Below, piece after piece: positions 44,148-55,900 of a DNA stretch of 64,000 bases. The position numbers were made by a program, and so were the translations under genes. Each line of letters starts with the position of its first letter. Position 1 is the stretch's first letter. This DNA comes from Deltaproteobacteria bacterium (GTDB lineage Bacteria > Myxococcota > Kuafuiibacteriia > Kuafuiibacteriales > Kuafuiibacteriaceae), in assembly GCA_040218735.1 (NCBI GenBank), contig JAVJQW010000003.1, positions 1 through 64,000 on the forward strand, given 5' to 3'. The notes under the pieces were generated by a model. That model was not told the DNA's origin. It ran no database searches and saw only the letters and a program-made list of their open reading frames with translations.

Positions 44148-45689
44148 TCACTCGTTCGGGTCGGGGCACAACAGCCCGCGGAAGTACCCCTGCGAGGGCG
44201 TCAGCGTTCCGGAGGGCCAGCTCAGCGTGCCGACCTCCCACAGGTCGTTGTCCTGCTCGAGCTTGCGCGACACCTCGGCCGCGAGCAGCCCGTAGACGAA
44301 CACCCGAACCGTGGCGTTCGACTCGTTCGTCGGCCACGAGGACACCGCCTCGTTGCTCGCGTAGTAGTGCACCGCGATACGGTATTCGCCGTCCGGGATG
44401 TACCGGTCGGTGCCGTCGCCGTCGAGGTTGATGTTCTCCGGCCCGAAGCCGCTGCGGTCGTCGACGTCCAGCCTCGGGTTGGCGCCCGGGAACTGCGGGA
44501 ACCAGATCGGCTCGCGCGCGCAGTCCCGGTAGTGGACGTCCGTGATGCAGCTGCAGAAATCGTACGTCGGCCGGAGGAAGTGCAGGTCGAGGTCCGAGTC
44601 CGGGTGGTCCCAGGTCAGCTCGATGCGAATCGCGTTCGTCGGCAGCGCCTCGATCAGCACCACCTTCGGCTCGCTCTCCAGCCCGAGGCTGTCGATGACC
44701 ACCAGCTCGACCTCGTACACCCCGGTCAGGTCCGCCCAGAAGCTCGGCCGCACCGTGCGCGCGCGCTCCAGCGCGGTCGTGCTCCCGTCCGGCTTCGCCA
44801 CCAGGCGCCACCGGTAGGTGAGCGGCTCGTCCGGCGGGATGTCCTGGTCGTAGCTCTCGGAGCCGTCGAGCGTGACGCGCGACCACGGCTCCACCGTGAG
44901 GTCGTCCCCGGGCACCGCCACCGGCGGGCGGTTCGCGAGACCGCCGATTGGGATCTGCACGACCCCGGGCTGCCCCGGCACGTTCTTCTCCTCGAGCACG
45001 TTCGTCTCGACGTAGATCGTCGCGGTGATCGTTCCCGTCCCGGACTCCGGGACCTCCGCGCGCAGGCTGACGCTCGCTTGCGCCCCCGGCTCGAGCACCC
45101 CGGGCATCTCGGGCGTCGGCGTGGAGGTCGTGATGCGGAACGGCGCGCTCGGCGGGTCGATACGGATGCGGTCGACGAGCAGGTCGTTCGTCCCGGTCGA
45201 TCGCACGACGAACGAAGCGAGCGCGATCCCGCCGGCCGGGATGAAGCCGAAGTCGATACGCTCGGGGAGCACCTCGACGTCCGGGCGCCGCATGTCGCTG
45301 CCGCGCCCGACCAGGAACACCTTCAGCTCGGGCGCGTTGGGGTCGTCGGTCGCGATGGTCACCGTGCCGGTCGAGGCCGCGAGGCGCTGGGCGCGGTAAC
45401 GGATCTCGAGGTCGTGGAAGCCGAAGCCGATCAGGTTCTCGACCGGGTTCTGGACGACGAAGCACCCGTCGCAGTCGTCCTCCACCTCGATGCCGGAGAC
45501 GACCGCCGGCACCGTCTCGAGGTTCTGGATGCGCACGGTCTTCACGACCTGCTGCGTCAACTCGACGGTGCCGAAGTCGAGCTCCTGCGGATCCACGGTC
45601 AGGATCGGGTCGATCGTTCCGACGATCGTGTCCTCGCAGGCGACGAACGCCAGGAGCGCGAGGGACCCGGTGAGCAGGCTTCGACGCAT
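44148..45689 (-). CDS. Lipoprotein with ASH/choice-of-anchor D-like Ig domains, a PKD-like domain and a YfaP-like C-terminal domain
   Basis: Lipobox FVAC; P..LDFG.V repeats; NRPPVA..LDGS.SYD; IELTWD..DLDLH, GFGPENI. Confidence 0.8.
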   Translation of the reverse strand: MRRSLLTGSLALLAFVACEDTIVGTIDPILTVDPQELDFGTVELTQQVVKTVRIQNLETVPAVVSGIEVEDDCDGCFVVQNPVENLIGFGFHDLEIRYRAQRLAASTGTVTIATDDPNAPELKVFLVGRGSDMRRPDVEVLPERIDFGFIPAGGIALASFVVRSTGTNDLLVDRIRIDPPSAPFRITTSTPTPEMPGVLEPGAQASVSLRAEVPESGTGTITATIYVETNVLEEKNVPGQPGVVQIPIGGLANRPPVAVPGDDLTVEPWSRVTLDGSESYDQDIPPDEPLTYRWRLVAKPDGSTTALERARTVRPSFWADLTGVYEVELVVIDSLGLESEPKVVLIEALPTNAIRIELTWDHPDSDLDLHFLRPTYDFCSCITDVHYRDCAREPIWFPQFPGANPRLDVDDRSGFGPENINLDGDGTDRYIPDGEYRIAVHYYASNEAVSSWPTNESNATVRVFVYGLLAAEVSRKLEQDNDLWEVGTLSWPSGTLTPSQGYFRGLLCPDPNE

Positions 45690-45803
45690 GAGCGTGAGGA
45701 GTCTACCCTGCTCCGTAGGCTGGTGGCCCCGAAATATCCCCGGCGTCGCTCCGCGCCGGGGAGGGGGTGACCGAAGCCGTCCGATCTTGGGTATAGAGGC
45801 GGC

Positions 45804-47393
45804 ATGCGACGCGCCCCCTGGCTCCTGCTCTGGCTGCTGCAAACCGCGTGTCCCTCCAGCGGCGGCGCCGACCCGATGCAGGACCCGCCCTTCGACGCCG
45901 GACTCCTCGACGCTGGTTTCTACGACGGCGGGCGCCCGACGGATCCCCAGGACGGCGGCCCGGACGGCGGCTCGGACGACGCAGGCCCCGGCCCGGACGC
46001 CGGCGAGCGCGACGCCGGCCCGCGCGACGCCGGCCCGCCCACGAACCCCTGCAACTTCGTGCGCGGCGACGACGTCGCGCAGTACGCGGCGGTCCTCGCC
46101 TGCCTCGCCGACCCCGACGCGCCCGAGGGCGACAAACGCGGCTTCGTGCAGGACTTCGTCGCGGCGGTCGAGACGCAGGGCGGCTTCCCGATCGCGACCG
46201 ACGACGGCTTCATCTTCGTCTACGTCCGCACCGCGGCGCTCGACGTGGAAGACGACGCCAACGCCGCCGAGGACTTCACTGCGAGCCGGCGCCGCACGCC
46301 GATCTCCGTCACCGGCGACTTCGACATGTGGACCCCCGGCACCCACGTGCTGACCGACCACGACTACGACTTCTTCTCCGCCGAGGTCCCGGTGGATCCG
46401 GTGCTCTTCGAACGCGCGCGCTACAAGTTCGTCGCGCAGGACGACAACGGCGCGGACGTGTGGTTCTCGGATCCGCTCTCCCGCCGCTTCGACTTCGACG
46501 AAAACGGCCGCATCTCGATCGTCCGCGGCGGGCCCGCGCAGGGGCACCTCGAGTGGATCCGCGACGTCGAGGCGACGATGCTCGGCAACGTCCGCCCGAT
46601 CTATTTGTACGTCCCGCCCGGCTACGACACCACGGCCGGCGAGCGTTACGCCGTCCTGTACATGCACGACGGCAACAACCTCTTCGACGCCCAACAGCCG
46701 CGCGCCGCGCCGGTGAGCTGGGAGGTCGACGCGGTGCTCGAAGCAGAGATCGCCGCGAACACGTCGCGCGCGGGGATCGTCGTCGGCATCCCGAACAACG
46801 CAAACCGCATCGGCGAGTACACACACATCGCGGACGACTTCGGCGACGGGCTGCTCGGCGGCGACGGCGACCTGTACGCGCACTTCGTCGCGGAACAGCT
46901 CAAGCCGCTCGTCGACACGCGCTACCGCACGTTCACCGACCGCGCGAACACCGGCGTCTTCGGGTCGAGCCTCGGCGGCCTCGTTTCGTTCCACATCGGG
47001 CTGCAGTACCCGGGGGTGTTCCGGTTCGTCGGGGGCATGTCGTCGACGTTCAACTGGGGCCGCTTCGGCGCGATGGGCCCGAACATGGTGGAGGTCTACG
47101 AGGCGGACACCAACCTCGGGACCCGAAACCAGATCTTCTACCTCGACAGCGGCGGCGGCGCCGGCACCGGGTGCTCGGCGGGCAGCGGATCCGACAACTA
47201 CTGCGAGACCCTCGAGATGCGCGCCGCCCTCGTCGCCGCGGGCATCAGCACGTTCCCGGACGACCCGGACGCCGTGCCGCTCACCCCGGCGGACCTCGAC
47301 GTCTTCCACTACTGGGAACCCGACGCGCCGCACGCCGAGGCGAGCTGGAACGCGCGTCTGCACCGACCGCTGAGGATGTTCTTCCGCCGCTGA
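45804..47393 (+). CDS. Alpha/beta-hydrolase (esterase family) lipoprotein with N-terminal CBM48-like domain
   Basis: Lipobox QTAC; DAG-rich linker; VTGDF..W, YKFV; VLYMHDG.N, GSSLGG nucleophile, C-terminal H.E..W. Confidence 0.85.
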   Translation: MRRAPWLLLWLLQTACPSSGGADPMQDPPFDAGLLDAGFYDGGRPTDPQDGGPDGGSDDAGPGPDAGERDAGPRDAGPPTNPCNFVRGDDVAQYAAVLACLADPDAPEGDKRGFVQDFVAAVETQGGFPIATDDGFIFVYVRTAALDVEDDANAAEDFTASRRRTPISVTGDFDMWTPGTHVLTDHDYDFFSAEVPVDPVLFERARYKFVAQDDNGADVWFSDPLSRRFDFDENGRISIVRGGPAQGHLEWIRDVEATMLGNVRPIYLYVPPGYDTTAGERYAVLYMHDGNNLFDAQQPRAAPVSWEVDAVLEAEIAANTSRAGIVVGIPNNANRIGEYTHIADDFGDGLLGGDGDLYAHFVAEQLKPLVDTRYRTFTDRANTGVFGSSLGGLVSFHIGLQYPGVFRFVGGMSSTFNWGRFGAMGPNMVEVYEADTNLGTRNQIFYLDSGGGAGTGCSAGSGSDNYCETLEMRAALVAAGISTFPDDPDAVPLTPADLDVFHYWEPDAPHAEASWNARLHRPLRMFFRR

Positions 47394-47459
47394 GTTGCAG
47401 CGCGTGCAACCCAGCTTGCCTCTAACGGCTTCGACGCGCCGAACCCTACCGACGCGGGT

Positions 47460-47475
47460 CGGAACACCTCTTGCT
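47460..47475 (+). promoter_or_regulatory. sigma54-like promoter
   Basis: CGGAACACCTCTTGCT, GG-N10-GC with TTGCT; start codon 12-15 nt downstream. Confidence 0.45.
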
Positions 47476-47486
47476 CTGGTACGAGG

Positions 47487-47729
47487 GTGATGCGCATCCA
47501 GGCCGAAGCCGCCGTCACCTATACCCGCGTCGAGGACCAACGCGCCGAGACGCTCACCCACGCCGAGCAGGTCGACTTCGTCGCCCGCGAGGTCGAGGGG
47601 GTCTTCCAGGCGATCGTGGAATCGTCGATCCAGCAGATGGAGGCGTACGCCGATCTGCTCGCGTCGGTCACGAAGACGGTCGACGAGTTCCGCCGAGACG
47701 AGGTCGACGACGACGACGACGATCCGTGA
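47487..47729 (+). CDS. Small acidic helical hypothetical protein
   Basis: 80 aa with natural codon bias; VDF..EGVFQAIVESSIQQMEAYADLL amphipathic helix; poly-Asp tail. Confidence 0.65.
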   Translation: MMRIQAEAAVTYTRVEDQRAETLTHAEQVDFVAREVEGVFQAIVESSIQQMEAYADLLASVTKTVDEFRRDEVDDDDDDP

Positions 47730-47778
47730 GCCCGCCCACGTCTTCGCGCCCGTCGCGAACATCGGCGATGATGGCGAC

Positions 47779-48480
47779 GTGCCCCGCCTCCGACTGCTCC
47801 TGACCACGGCGCTCCTCGGCGCCGCCAGCCTCCACTGCGCCTTCCCCGTGGGATCCCGCGCCCGCCCCGCCGAGGCGATGGCCAAGGACCGCATCGCGGT
47901 CGGGGCCGGCGGGCTGGTCCCGCTCGGGTTCGTCGGGCAGCTCGACTTCCCGGGCGACGACAAGGAAGCGACCGACGTCAGCCAGGCCGACGTCGGTGAC
48001 TTCGTCCCGGTGGGTTCTTTCGACTGGGCGATCGGCGACGGTGAGTACGCCGGCGTCGACATCTCCTACACGAAGTTCGGAGCCGGTTACTTCGACCTCG
48101 TCGTCATCAACCCGCGCTTCGAATATCCGTTCGGCGGCAAGGACCGAAACTTCTCGCTCACGTTCGACGCGAACTTCATGTACGCGAACGGCAACAACGA
48201 GGACTTCTCGTTCGCGGCGCCGTTCATGCAACCCATGATGGGTGTGCGCTACTACCTCGACCTGTACCACGTCGGCTTTGTCATCTCGCAGTCGATCGGC
48301 ACGTCGATCATCTCGTTCTACGCACCCGGCGGCATCTCGATCGACGTCCCGATCCGCTTCGGCGAGGGCCTCCCGACGCTGCACTTCATGCCGGAGTTCC
48401 GCTGGGACCCCACCATCTTCGTCGCGGTCGCGCGCTTCGTGATGTTCTCGGCGGGCGGCGTCGTGATGTTGGAGTTCTGA
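47779..48480 (+). CDS. Putative outer-membrane beta-barrel (lipo)protein
   Basis: Signal peptide with Cys; alternating aromatic/hydrophobic strands; terminal Phe. Confidence 0.6.
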   Translation: MPRLRLLLTTALLGAASLHCAFPVGSRARPAEAMAKDRIAVGAGGLVPLGFVGQLDFPGDDKEATDVSQADVGDFVPVGSFDWAIGDGEYAGVDISYTKFGAGYFDLVVINPRFEYPFGGKDRNFSLTFDANFMYANGNNEDFSFAAPFMQPMMGVRYYLDLYHVGFVISQSIGTSIISFYAPGGISIDVPIRFGEGLPTLHFMPEFRWDPTIFVAVARFVMFSAGGVVMLEF

Positions 48481-48487
48481 CCTTCGC

Positions 48488-49276
48488 TCACTTCGTCGGC
48501 GTGAACGGCGTCCGCGGCGGGCGCTTGGGCGCCGCGGGCTTCTTCTCTTCCTCGCGCGACGCCGTCATCGGCGCCTTGACCTTCGGCTCCGTCGGGATCG
48601 CGAGGCGCTTGGCCAACCGCGTCGCCGCGTCGCGCAGGCCGCGGTCCTCACACGGCGCCTTCGCGGTCGCCGCCCAGTCGCCGGTCTCGGTCTTCAGATC
48701 GTAGAGCGTCAGCGCGACGACGCAGCCGTCGTCCGATCCGAACACGCGCGGGACGAGGACGCGCTCCGCCGCGAGCGCGCGGCCGATCTCGATCGCACAC
48801 CGCGCGTCCACACACGCCGCGAGCGACGCCGCCTTCACCTCGCGGTTCGCCTCTTCGATCGCGCGCCGCGGGACGAACCGGAAGCGATCCATCGCGGTGA
48901 GCTCCAGGAACAGCAACGCGTCGAGCGCGTCGACCGTGTTCGGCTCGAGCCCATGCGCCTCGATCGGGAGGAGCGCCACGACCTCGCCGTAGCCGAGCGG
49001 GCTCTCCTTCGCGAGCTGCGCCGCGACCTCGACCTTCAGCGACGCTTCGATCTCTTGACGTCGCGCCGTGCGCTTCTTCCGAAGGGCCGCGGTCTCCACG
49101 TCGCGCTCGTGCGCGCGCAACCTGGCGTCGCGTCCCTCGCGCACCAGCCGCGCGTGCTCCGCGCGCACCTTCGCGCTGCGCCGCGTGCGACCGCTGTTCG
49201 CCTCGCCCACCGCCTGCAAGAAGGTGACGCACCCGGTCTGGCCGACGAGGAGGAGGGCGATCGCCAATCGATTCAT
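48488..49276 (-). CDS. Lipoprotein with TolB-N/CsgG-like domain
   Basis: Lipobox QTGC; VALLP.., C.D..CAIEIGRALAA, LTLYDLKT. Confidence 0.65.
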   Translation of the reverse strand: MNRLAIALLLVGQTGCVTFLQAVGEANSGRTRRSAKVRAEHARLVREGRDARLRAHERDVETAALRKKRTARRQEIEASLKVEVAAQLAKESPLGYGEVVALLPIEAHGLEPNTVDALDALLFLELTAMDRFRFVPRRAIEEANREVKAASLAACVDARCAIEIGRALAAERVLVPRVFGSDDGCVVALTLYDLKTETGDWAATAKAPCEDRGLRDAATRLAKRLAIPTEPKVKAPMTASREEEKKPAAPKRPPRTPFTPTK

Positions 49277-49923
49277 CGCGCGTCCGTCTTCTCCGCCAGC
49301 GAGCGCGCCAAGCGCTCCGAGGCCACGAAGAGATCCATGAGCCGGCACGTGGTGGTCGTCGACGAAGCCCACAGGGTCGTCTCCGTCGCGAGGTCGTAGA
49401 GCGTCGCGCCGAGCTGACACCCGTCCTCCCGGACGAACAGCCCGGGCTCGACGGTGTGGTCCGCGGCGAGGCGACGGCCGAGCTCGATCTGACAGGCCTC
49501 GTCGTAACAAGCGCGGTACGACTGCGTCTTCGCGTCGACCAGCGCCGCGCGCATCCGATCCGGCGGCACCACGCGGTGCGTGGTCCGCTCGAGGAGGGCC
49601 GTCGCGAAGTACGCGGAGAGCTGCTGCGCATCGGCGTGCGACAGCACCGCGTCGTGATCCTCGACGTCGAACACCGCGACGATCGCCCCGTCCCTCGTGG
49701 GACGTTCCTTCTTCATCGCCGCGAGCAACGTCTGCTTACGCCGTGCGCGGTAGCGAGGTTCGTTCGAGAGGTCTTTGGAGACCACGTTGCGCCGCTTCAG
49801 CGCGCGGTAGCTGCTCCTCTTCGCGGCGCGCGTCGCGACGCGCTGGCGCTCGAGCGCATAGTCGGATCGATACGTCGAGGCACACGCCGCGGTCGTCAGC
49901 AGCAACAGCAGGCACCAACGCAC
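49273..49923 (-). CDS. Lipoprotein with TolB-N/CsgG-like domain (paralog of the downstream gene)
   Basis: Lipobox TAAC; VAVFDVE, CYDEACQIELGRRLAA, ATLYDLAT. Confidence 0.65.
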   Translation of the reverse strand: MRWCLLLLLTTAACASTYRSDYALERQRVATRAAKRSSYRALKRRNVVSKDLSNEPRYRARRKQTLLAAMKKERPTRDGAIVAVFDVEDHDAVLSHADAQQLSAYFATALLERTTHRVVPPDRMRAALVDAKTQSYRACYDEACQIELGRRLAADHTVEPGLFVREDGCQLGATLYDLATETTLWASSTTTTCRLMDLFVASERLARSLAEKTDAR

Positions 49924-49984
49924 CGGATCAGCTTAGACGCGCGTCGTACCGGCGGACCACCCCGGGGGGCCGATGCGATGGTCG

Positions 49985-52900
49985 TCACACCCGACGACGG
50001 AACAAGAGCGGCAACACGAGGAGCAACAACGTCCACCCGCGCCCGCGCCCGCGCACACAGCGGCACCCCTGCTCGATCGGCGGCACCGGCGGCGGCGCGT
50101 TCACGAGCAGCGAGAACGGCGCCTGGGCGTAGCGGCCGCGGTCGTCGGTCACCGTCACGAGCACACTCACCACGCCGGTCTGCTGCGGCGTCCCGGCGAT
50201 GGTCAGGATCGGTGCGCCGGCGTTGGGATCGACCGTCCACATGACCCCCTGGTGGAACGCGGGGCCGAGCACGCGCCACGTCAGCGGCGGCTCGCCGCTG
50301 CGCGTCCTCAGCTCGACGGAGTACGGCTCGCCCGCGACGCCGAGCGGCAACGTGCTCGGCGTGATGCTGAAGCCCCCTTCGTGGAGGATCGTCAGCCGGA
50401 ACGTCGCGGTGTCGCTCGTCGCGCCCGCGCCGTTCTCCACCGCGTTCACGAGGAACTCACGCGTGCCCACGCCCTGCGGGATGCCGACGAGGCGCCCGCC
50501 CGGGGAGAGGACGATGCCGTCGGGCAGCGGCCCCGGCGAAGTGAACGTGACGCTCGACGTCGGCGTCTGTCCGATCACCTGCAGCTGATACGTGTACTCG
50601 TCGCCGAGCCGACCGTCCGGGAGGAGCGCCGCGACGATCGTGAGGCGTCCGGGCTCACCGACCGTGAGCACCAGATCCGCGCGCGCGGTATCGGTGCCGT
50701 CGGTGACCTCGACCGTCAGCTCGAAGATGCCGTCCTGACGCGGCACCCCCGTGAGGAGCCCCGACGGATCCATCTCGAGCCCGGGCGGCGGCGTGGTCAC
50801 CAGCGAGAACTGATAGCCGCCGGTCCCCCCCACCGCGACGATGCGCTGTAGCTGATCACTCGTCGCCCCCGCCGGCGCGGGCGGGTACGCGGCGCCGACC
50901 ACGCCGGGGAGCAGGTCGCGCGTGACGATCGCGATCCCCGCGCGCGGGTTCGCGACCTCCAGCGAGAACGTGCGCGTCGCCGAGACGCCGGCGCTGTCGA
51001 CCTGCAGCGTGACGTCCGACGTCACCTCCATCGTCGCGCGGCCGGAGATCTCGCCCGTCGCTGCGTCGAGGGTCAGGCCGTCGGGGAGCGCGCCGCCCGC
51101 GACGGACCAGGTGAAGCGCCCGTCGCCCCCCGCCGCGAAGACAAACGTCGTGTAGTCGACGCCGAGGTACGCACGCGGGAGCGACGCGGTGAGGACTTCG
51201 AGCTGACCGGTGCGAACGGTGAACGGCGCCGCGGCGACGCCGGTGTTCGCGAGGTCGTCGATCTCCAGGTGGTCGTTCGCAGGGTCGACGATCGCGCCGA
51301 GCTCGTAGCGCCCGGGGCGGACGTCGTTCGGGAGCGTGATGCTCCGGGTGATCGTCGCGGTGGCGGAGGGATCGAGCATCACGGTCCCCGCGTCGATCTC
51401 CAAGTCGTCGGCCGTGATGACGACGTTCTCGGACAGCCGCACCGACCACCCGGTGGTCTGACCGATGTTGCCGGTGTTCGCGAGGCGCAGCGTCACGTCG
51501 ATCGTCTCGCCGGGCGCGGCATCGGTCGGGGTGCTCTCGATGGAGACGACCTCGAAGTCGGGGCGGCGCGACGCGATCGTGAACGCGTCCAGCGTGACGG
51601 CGGTGTTGTTGGCTTCGTCGATCTCCGCGACGTCGTCGTCCGCGTCGACCACGAGGATCAGCCGGTAGTCCCCCGGCGGGGTCGGGAGTGGGACGGCGGT
51701 GGTCGCGGTGCGCACCCCCAGCTCGAACGGCGCGAGCGTCGTCGGCGCGGAGCGGTAGACGACGTGGCCGGTCTGCGTGGAGCCCTCGGGCACGAGGTGA
51801 AGCTCGTAGCGGAACGGGCCGAGCACCTGCGACGACAGCGAGTTGATCCGCACGTCGACGTCGAACGGCACCCCCTCGAACACCTGGTCGGGCGCGGTCA
51901 CCGCGGCGGCGACGAGCTCCGGGCCGACGTCCAGACGCGCGCGGAAGAACGCGTTCTCCAAGGCGGCGATATCGGTGCCCGAGCAGTTCGGCGTACACGG
52001 CGCGAGCGTGGCGCCGTTCGATCCCGTCGCGTCCTCGAACCCGATCGACGCCGACCACGCGAGCGGATCCGTCATGCTCAGCACCGGCCCGTAGTGGATC
52101 TCGAAGCGCCCCTCGCGCCCCTCGTACAGGCGCAACTGAACTTGCGGGCGCCCGCTCGTCGCGTTCCCGAGCACGTGCGCGTCGGTGTACTGCAGCACGA
52201 GCACACGGTTCGGCGCGACACCGTCCACACCGAAGTCGATCACCGTCGCGCGGAGGTCGTCCCAGATCGGCGCGATCACCGCGTCCGGCGCGATGCTGCT
52301 GGGGAAGAGGGTGTTGTTGAAGCCAACCGGCCCCGCACCGAACGTGATGTACCCGTTCGTCGTCGCGCGAAGCTGCGTGTACGAGCCACCGAAGTACGTA
52401 AACGCGAACGGGATCGGGATGATGACCTCCTCGTCGTCGTACAGCGGCGGCGGGAACGTCACCTGCGTCAGGTCGCTGCGCGCGACGTACGGCGCGGCGA
52501 TCGTCTCGGTGAAGTACGCCTGCGCCGACGCCTCGTTGGTCACGAGCAGCATCAGCAAGACCCACGGCCACCGCCGCCTCCGGCGCAGCAGCAGCGCACC
52601 GAGCAGCAACCAGGCCCACGCGACGCCGCGGCCCGACGAAGCCTGGCACCCGCACCCGTCGTCGCCGCCACCGTTGGTCGGCGTGATGCGCTCCGACACC
52701 GAGATGCCGAACGCCCGCACGCTCTGCTGACCGAGGTCGTCCTGCGCGAGCACGACGAAGCTGAAGACCCCCACCGAGCGCGGCTCGCCGGTGATCTTGC
52801 CCAGGCCGTCCATCGCGAGCCCCGGCGGCAGGTTGCCGGAGAGGATCGACAGCGTCGGTCGCGCCTGCGCGTTCGCGGCGACCACGTCGATCTGCACCTC

Positions 52901-55900
52901 GGCGCCGTCCTCCTCGACGTACGCTTCGCCGACGAATGCGTCCGGCAGCCCGTTGGTCGAAAAGATCACGCCGTCCTGTTCGCGGATCGTGACGACGAAG
53001 CGGTTCACGTCGAAGTCGCCGCGCCCGTCCGTCACGCGCATCGTGAACGAGTACTCACCGACGCGCGATGGCGTCCCGTAGATCCGCCCGCGCTCGTGGA
53101 GCAGGCCCTCGGGCAACGTCCCCGACACGAGTCCGAACGTGAACGGCGAGACGCCGGACCCCATCGCGGCGCGGACCGTCTCGTCGTACACCGAGCCGAT
53201 CCGTCCGTCCGGGAGGAGCTCGGAGGAGAACCGCACCGTGTCCTGCGACGTCACCACGCGGAGCGCGAGCTCGGCCTCCGCGAAGCCGCCCGTCGCGTCC
53301 TCGACGCGCACCACGAGGTTCGACAGCGCCGTCGCCCCCGGCGTCCCCGAGATGACACCGTCGGCGTCGAGCGTGAGCCCCGGCGGCAAGCCGTCCGCGC
53401 CGACCTCCGACCAGACGAACGGCGGCACCCCGCCGAACGCGGTGAGCGGGTAGCGGTACGGCCGACCGAGGAAGCCAGGCGGCAGCGCGCGCGTGATCAC
53501 CGAGACCTCGACGGCGGTCGGGGCGACGAGCAGGTTGTAGCGGCGCTCCGCGATCAACACGCCGTCGGTGACACGCACCGTGACGTCGAAGAGGCCCTCG
53601 ACCTCGGGGGTGCCGGCGAGCCGGCCACTCGCGTCGAGCGCGAGGCCGGTCGGCAACGCACCGTCCGCGACCGACCACATGAGCGGCCCCGTGCCGCCGC
53701 GCGCGGCGAGCACCACGTCGTACTCGACGGCGAGCGTCGCGAGCGGGAGCGCGTCGGTGAGGATCGTCAGCCCGCTCGGGAGCACCTCGACGGTCGTGGC
53801 CGAGACGGCGACGTTGTTCGACTCCACCAGCTCCGCGACGAGGTCGTCCGGATCCGCAACGACCCCCACGTAGTACGGGCCGGGCGCGAGCGTGGACGGG
53901 ACGACGAACACGTCCACGCGGGTGTGCGCCGTCCCGGCGGAGACGGTGACGGTGCGGCGGCCGGCGCGCACGTCGTTGGCGTCGATCGTGTCGTCGACGG
54001 AGAAGACCACCTCGTACTCCGCGGCGGCGTCCGCGTTGCCGCCGTTGTTGATCATGCGCGCGATCGACATCGACTCCCCGGCGGCCGCGAGCGGCGGCAG
54101 CTCGACGCGCGTCGGCGCGAGGTCCGCGGCGGGGTCGCGCACCTGCACCGGGTCCATGGTGCGCGCGATGTTGTTGTTCGGATTGTCCTCGGCGACGGTA
54201 CTGAGTGTATTCGTGATGACACCGACGTAGTACGGCCCGACCGCGAGCATCGCGGGCACGACGACGTTGTGCACGAACGTCCGACGCTCGCCGGGCGCGA
54301 GGCTGACGGGGCCGAACGAAGCCAGCTCGATGTCCGAGATCGCGCTGATGAGCTGGTTGTCGGAGAGGTAGATCGCGTACGAGAAGCCGTTGGCGTCGGC
54401 GCCGCCGCCGTTTTCGATGTCGACCGACACCTCGAGCACCTCCGCGCGGAACGCAAACGGACCAGGCACGGTGAGCGAGCGCGCGATGATGTCGGCGAGG
54501 CGCACCTCGATCGTCGTGGTGCTCACGCCGACGTTGTTCGTCTCGTCGGCCTCCACGATCGTGTCGTTCGGATCCACTTCGACGATCACGTAGAAGTGAC
54601 CGCCCGTGATGTCGGCCGGCACCGTGAACGTGGTGTCGAAGCGCGTCGCCGGCGTCGCCGGGACCGCGACGGTCGCCGACGCGACGAGGCGATCCTGGGC
54701 GTCGAGCGTCGTGTCCGCCGAGAAGTAGATCGCGTACGGCACGGCGGGGTGCTCACCGCCAAAGTTGAGGAGGTCGACGGGGACGGTGAGCGATTGGTCG
54801 GGGCCGGTCTCGGCCGGCGCGGACACCGAAGCGCCGAAGTCGAGGCCGACCAGGAAGCGGTCCGTGAAGCGCGACGTGTTGTTGGTCTCGATCGTCTCGG
54901 CGACGACGTCGTTCGGGTCGACGATCGCGCCGATCGAATAGTACCCGGACGCCACCACCGGGACGGTCGTCGCGAGGGTCTGCGACGCGGCGGCTCCTGC
55001 GCCGAGGTTGGCGAACGACACGGTCCCGAGGAGCGTGTCGCTCGCTTCGATCGTCCCGTCGGTCGAGAAGTAGACGTTGGCGTCGAACCCCGCGCCGGTC
55101 GGTGCGTTGCCGAGGTTGCGTGCGGTGACGGACACCGAGATCGCGGCGCCGGGCGCGCCGCCGCTCGGCGGTGCGCCGTTGACGGTCAGCTCGGGGCCGA
55201 CGGGGATGACGAACTGAATCACCTGGTCGGTGAGGGACTGGAGTGTGGTGTACGGGCAGAAGTCCGGCGCGACGTCCGCGCACGGTTCGCCGACGAGGCC
55301 GAGGCCGCCCGTGTGGTCCTCGATGCCCATCGTGCCGCTCCACTCGCTGTCGCCGTTGGTGTTCGACACGTACGGGCCGTAGTGCATCGTCACGGCGCCG
55401 GTGAGCTCTTCGAGCCGCACTTGGAACGTCCCGGTCGCGGCGGTCGTCGCCGGGAAGTGCTTCACGTTGCTGTACTCGACGACGAACGAGCGCTGGCCCG
55501 CCGTCCCCTGCGTGGCGTAGCGGACCTGGCCGCCGTCGAGGTGCAGGTCGTCCCACCACAGCGCGATGATGCGATCCGGATCCGCGGTGGCCGGGAGGCC
55601 CCCCGCGCCCGCGCCGACGTTCGGGTAGTCGACGCAGCGGTTGTTGGAGCACTGGGTGCCGAAGGTCAGCGAGCAGTCGAGGAGTGAGTTGCAGGAGGAC
55701 GCGAGGATCAACGCGCCGTTCGTGCTGATGGTGACGTGGGTATACGTCTGGCCGAAGTACTCGAACGTGAAGCCGAGCGGGACCTGCAGGACGTCGTCGT
55801 CCGGCGTCGGGAAGTTGGCGACGGTCGCGCCGGTGAGCGGCACGTAGGGGGCCGCGTACTGCGTCCGAATGTAGCCGCCGGTCTGCGCGACGGCGTGGGT

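Noticed and set aside
45880-46040. GACGCCGGC-like tandem repeats
   Set aside because: They encode the DAG/DGG low-complexity linker common in myxobacterial lipoproteins. There are no spacers, so this is not a CRISPR array.
47394-47412. GTTGCA-gcgcg-TGCAAC hairpin after the esterase gene
   Set aside because: The stem is short and has no U-tract, so it cannot be called a terminator.
44148-48062. N-terminal extensions in the ORF track (44148-48062, 32372-37951, 1158-3317, 15353-17461, 16645-18384, 22416-23882 and others)
   Set aside because: They overlap genuine neighbouring genes. The true starts are downstream at signal peptides or coupled ATG/GTG codons.
52560-52590. GGAGG inside the Arg-cluster codons as an RBS for an independent start of module B
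   Set aside because: The GTG at suitable spacing is out of frame. In-frame TTG/ATG codons lie 18 nt or more away and would remove the signal peptide n-region.
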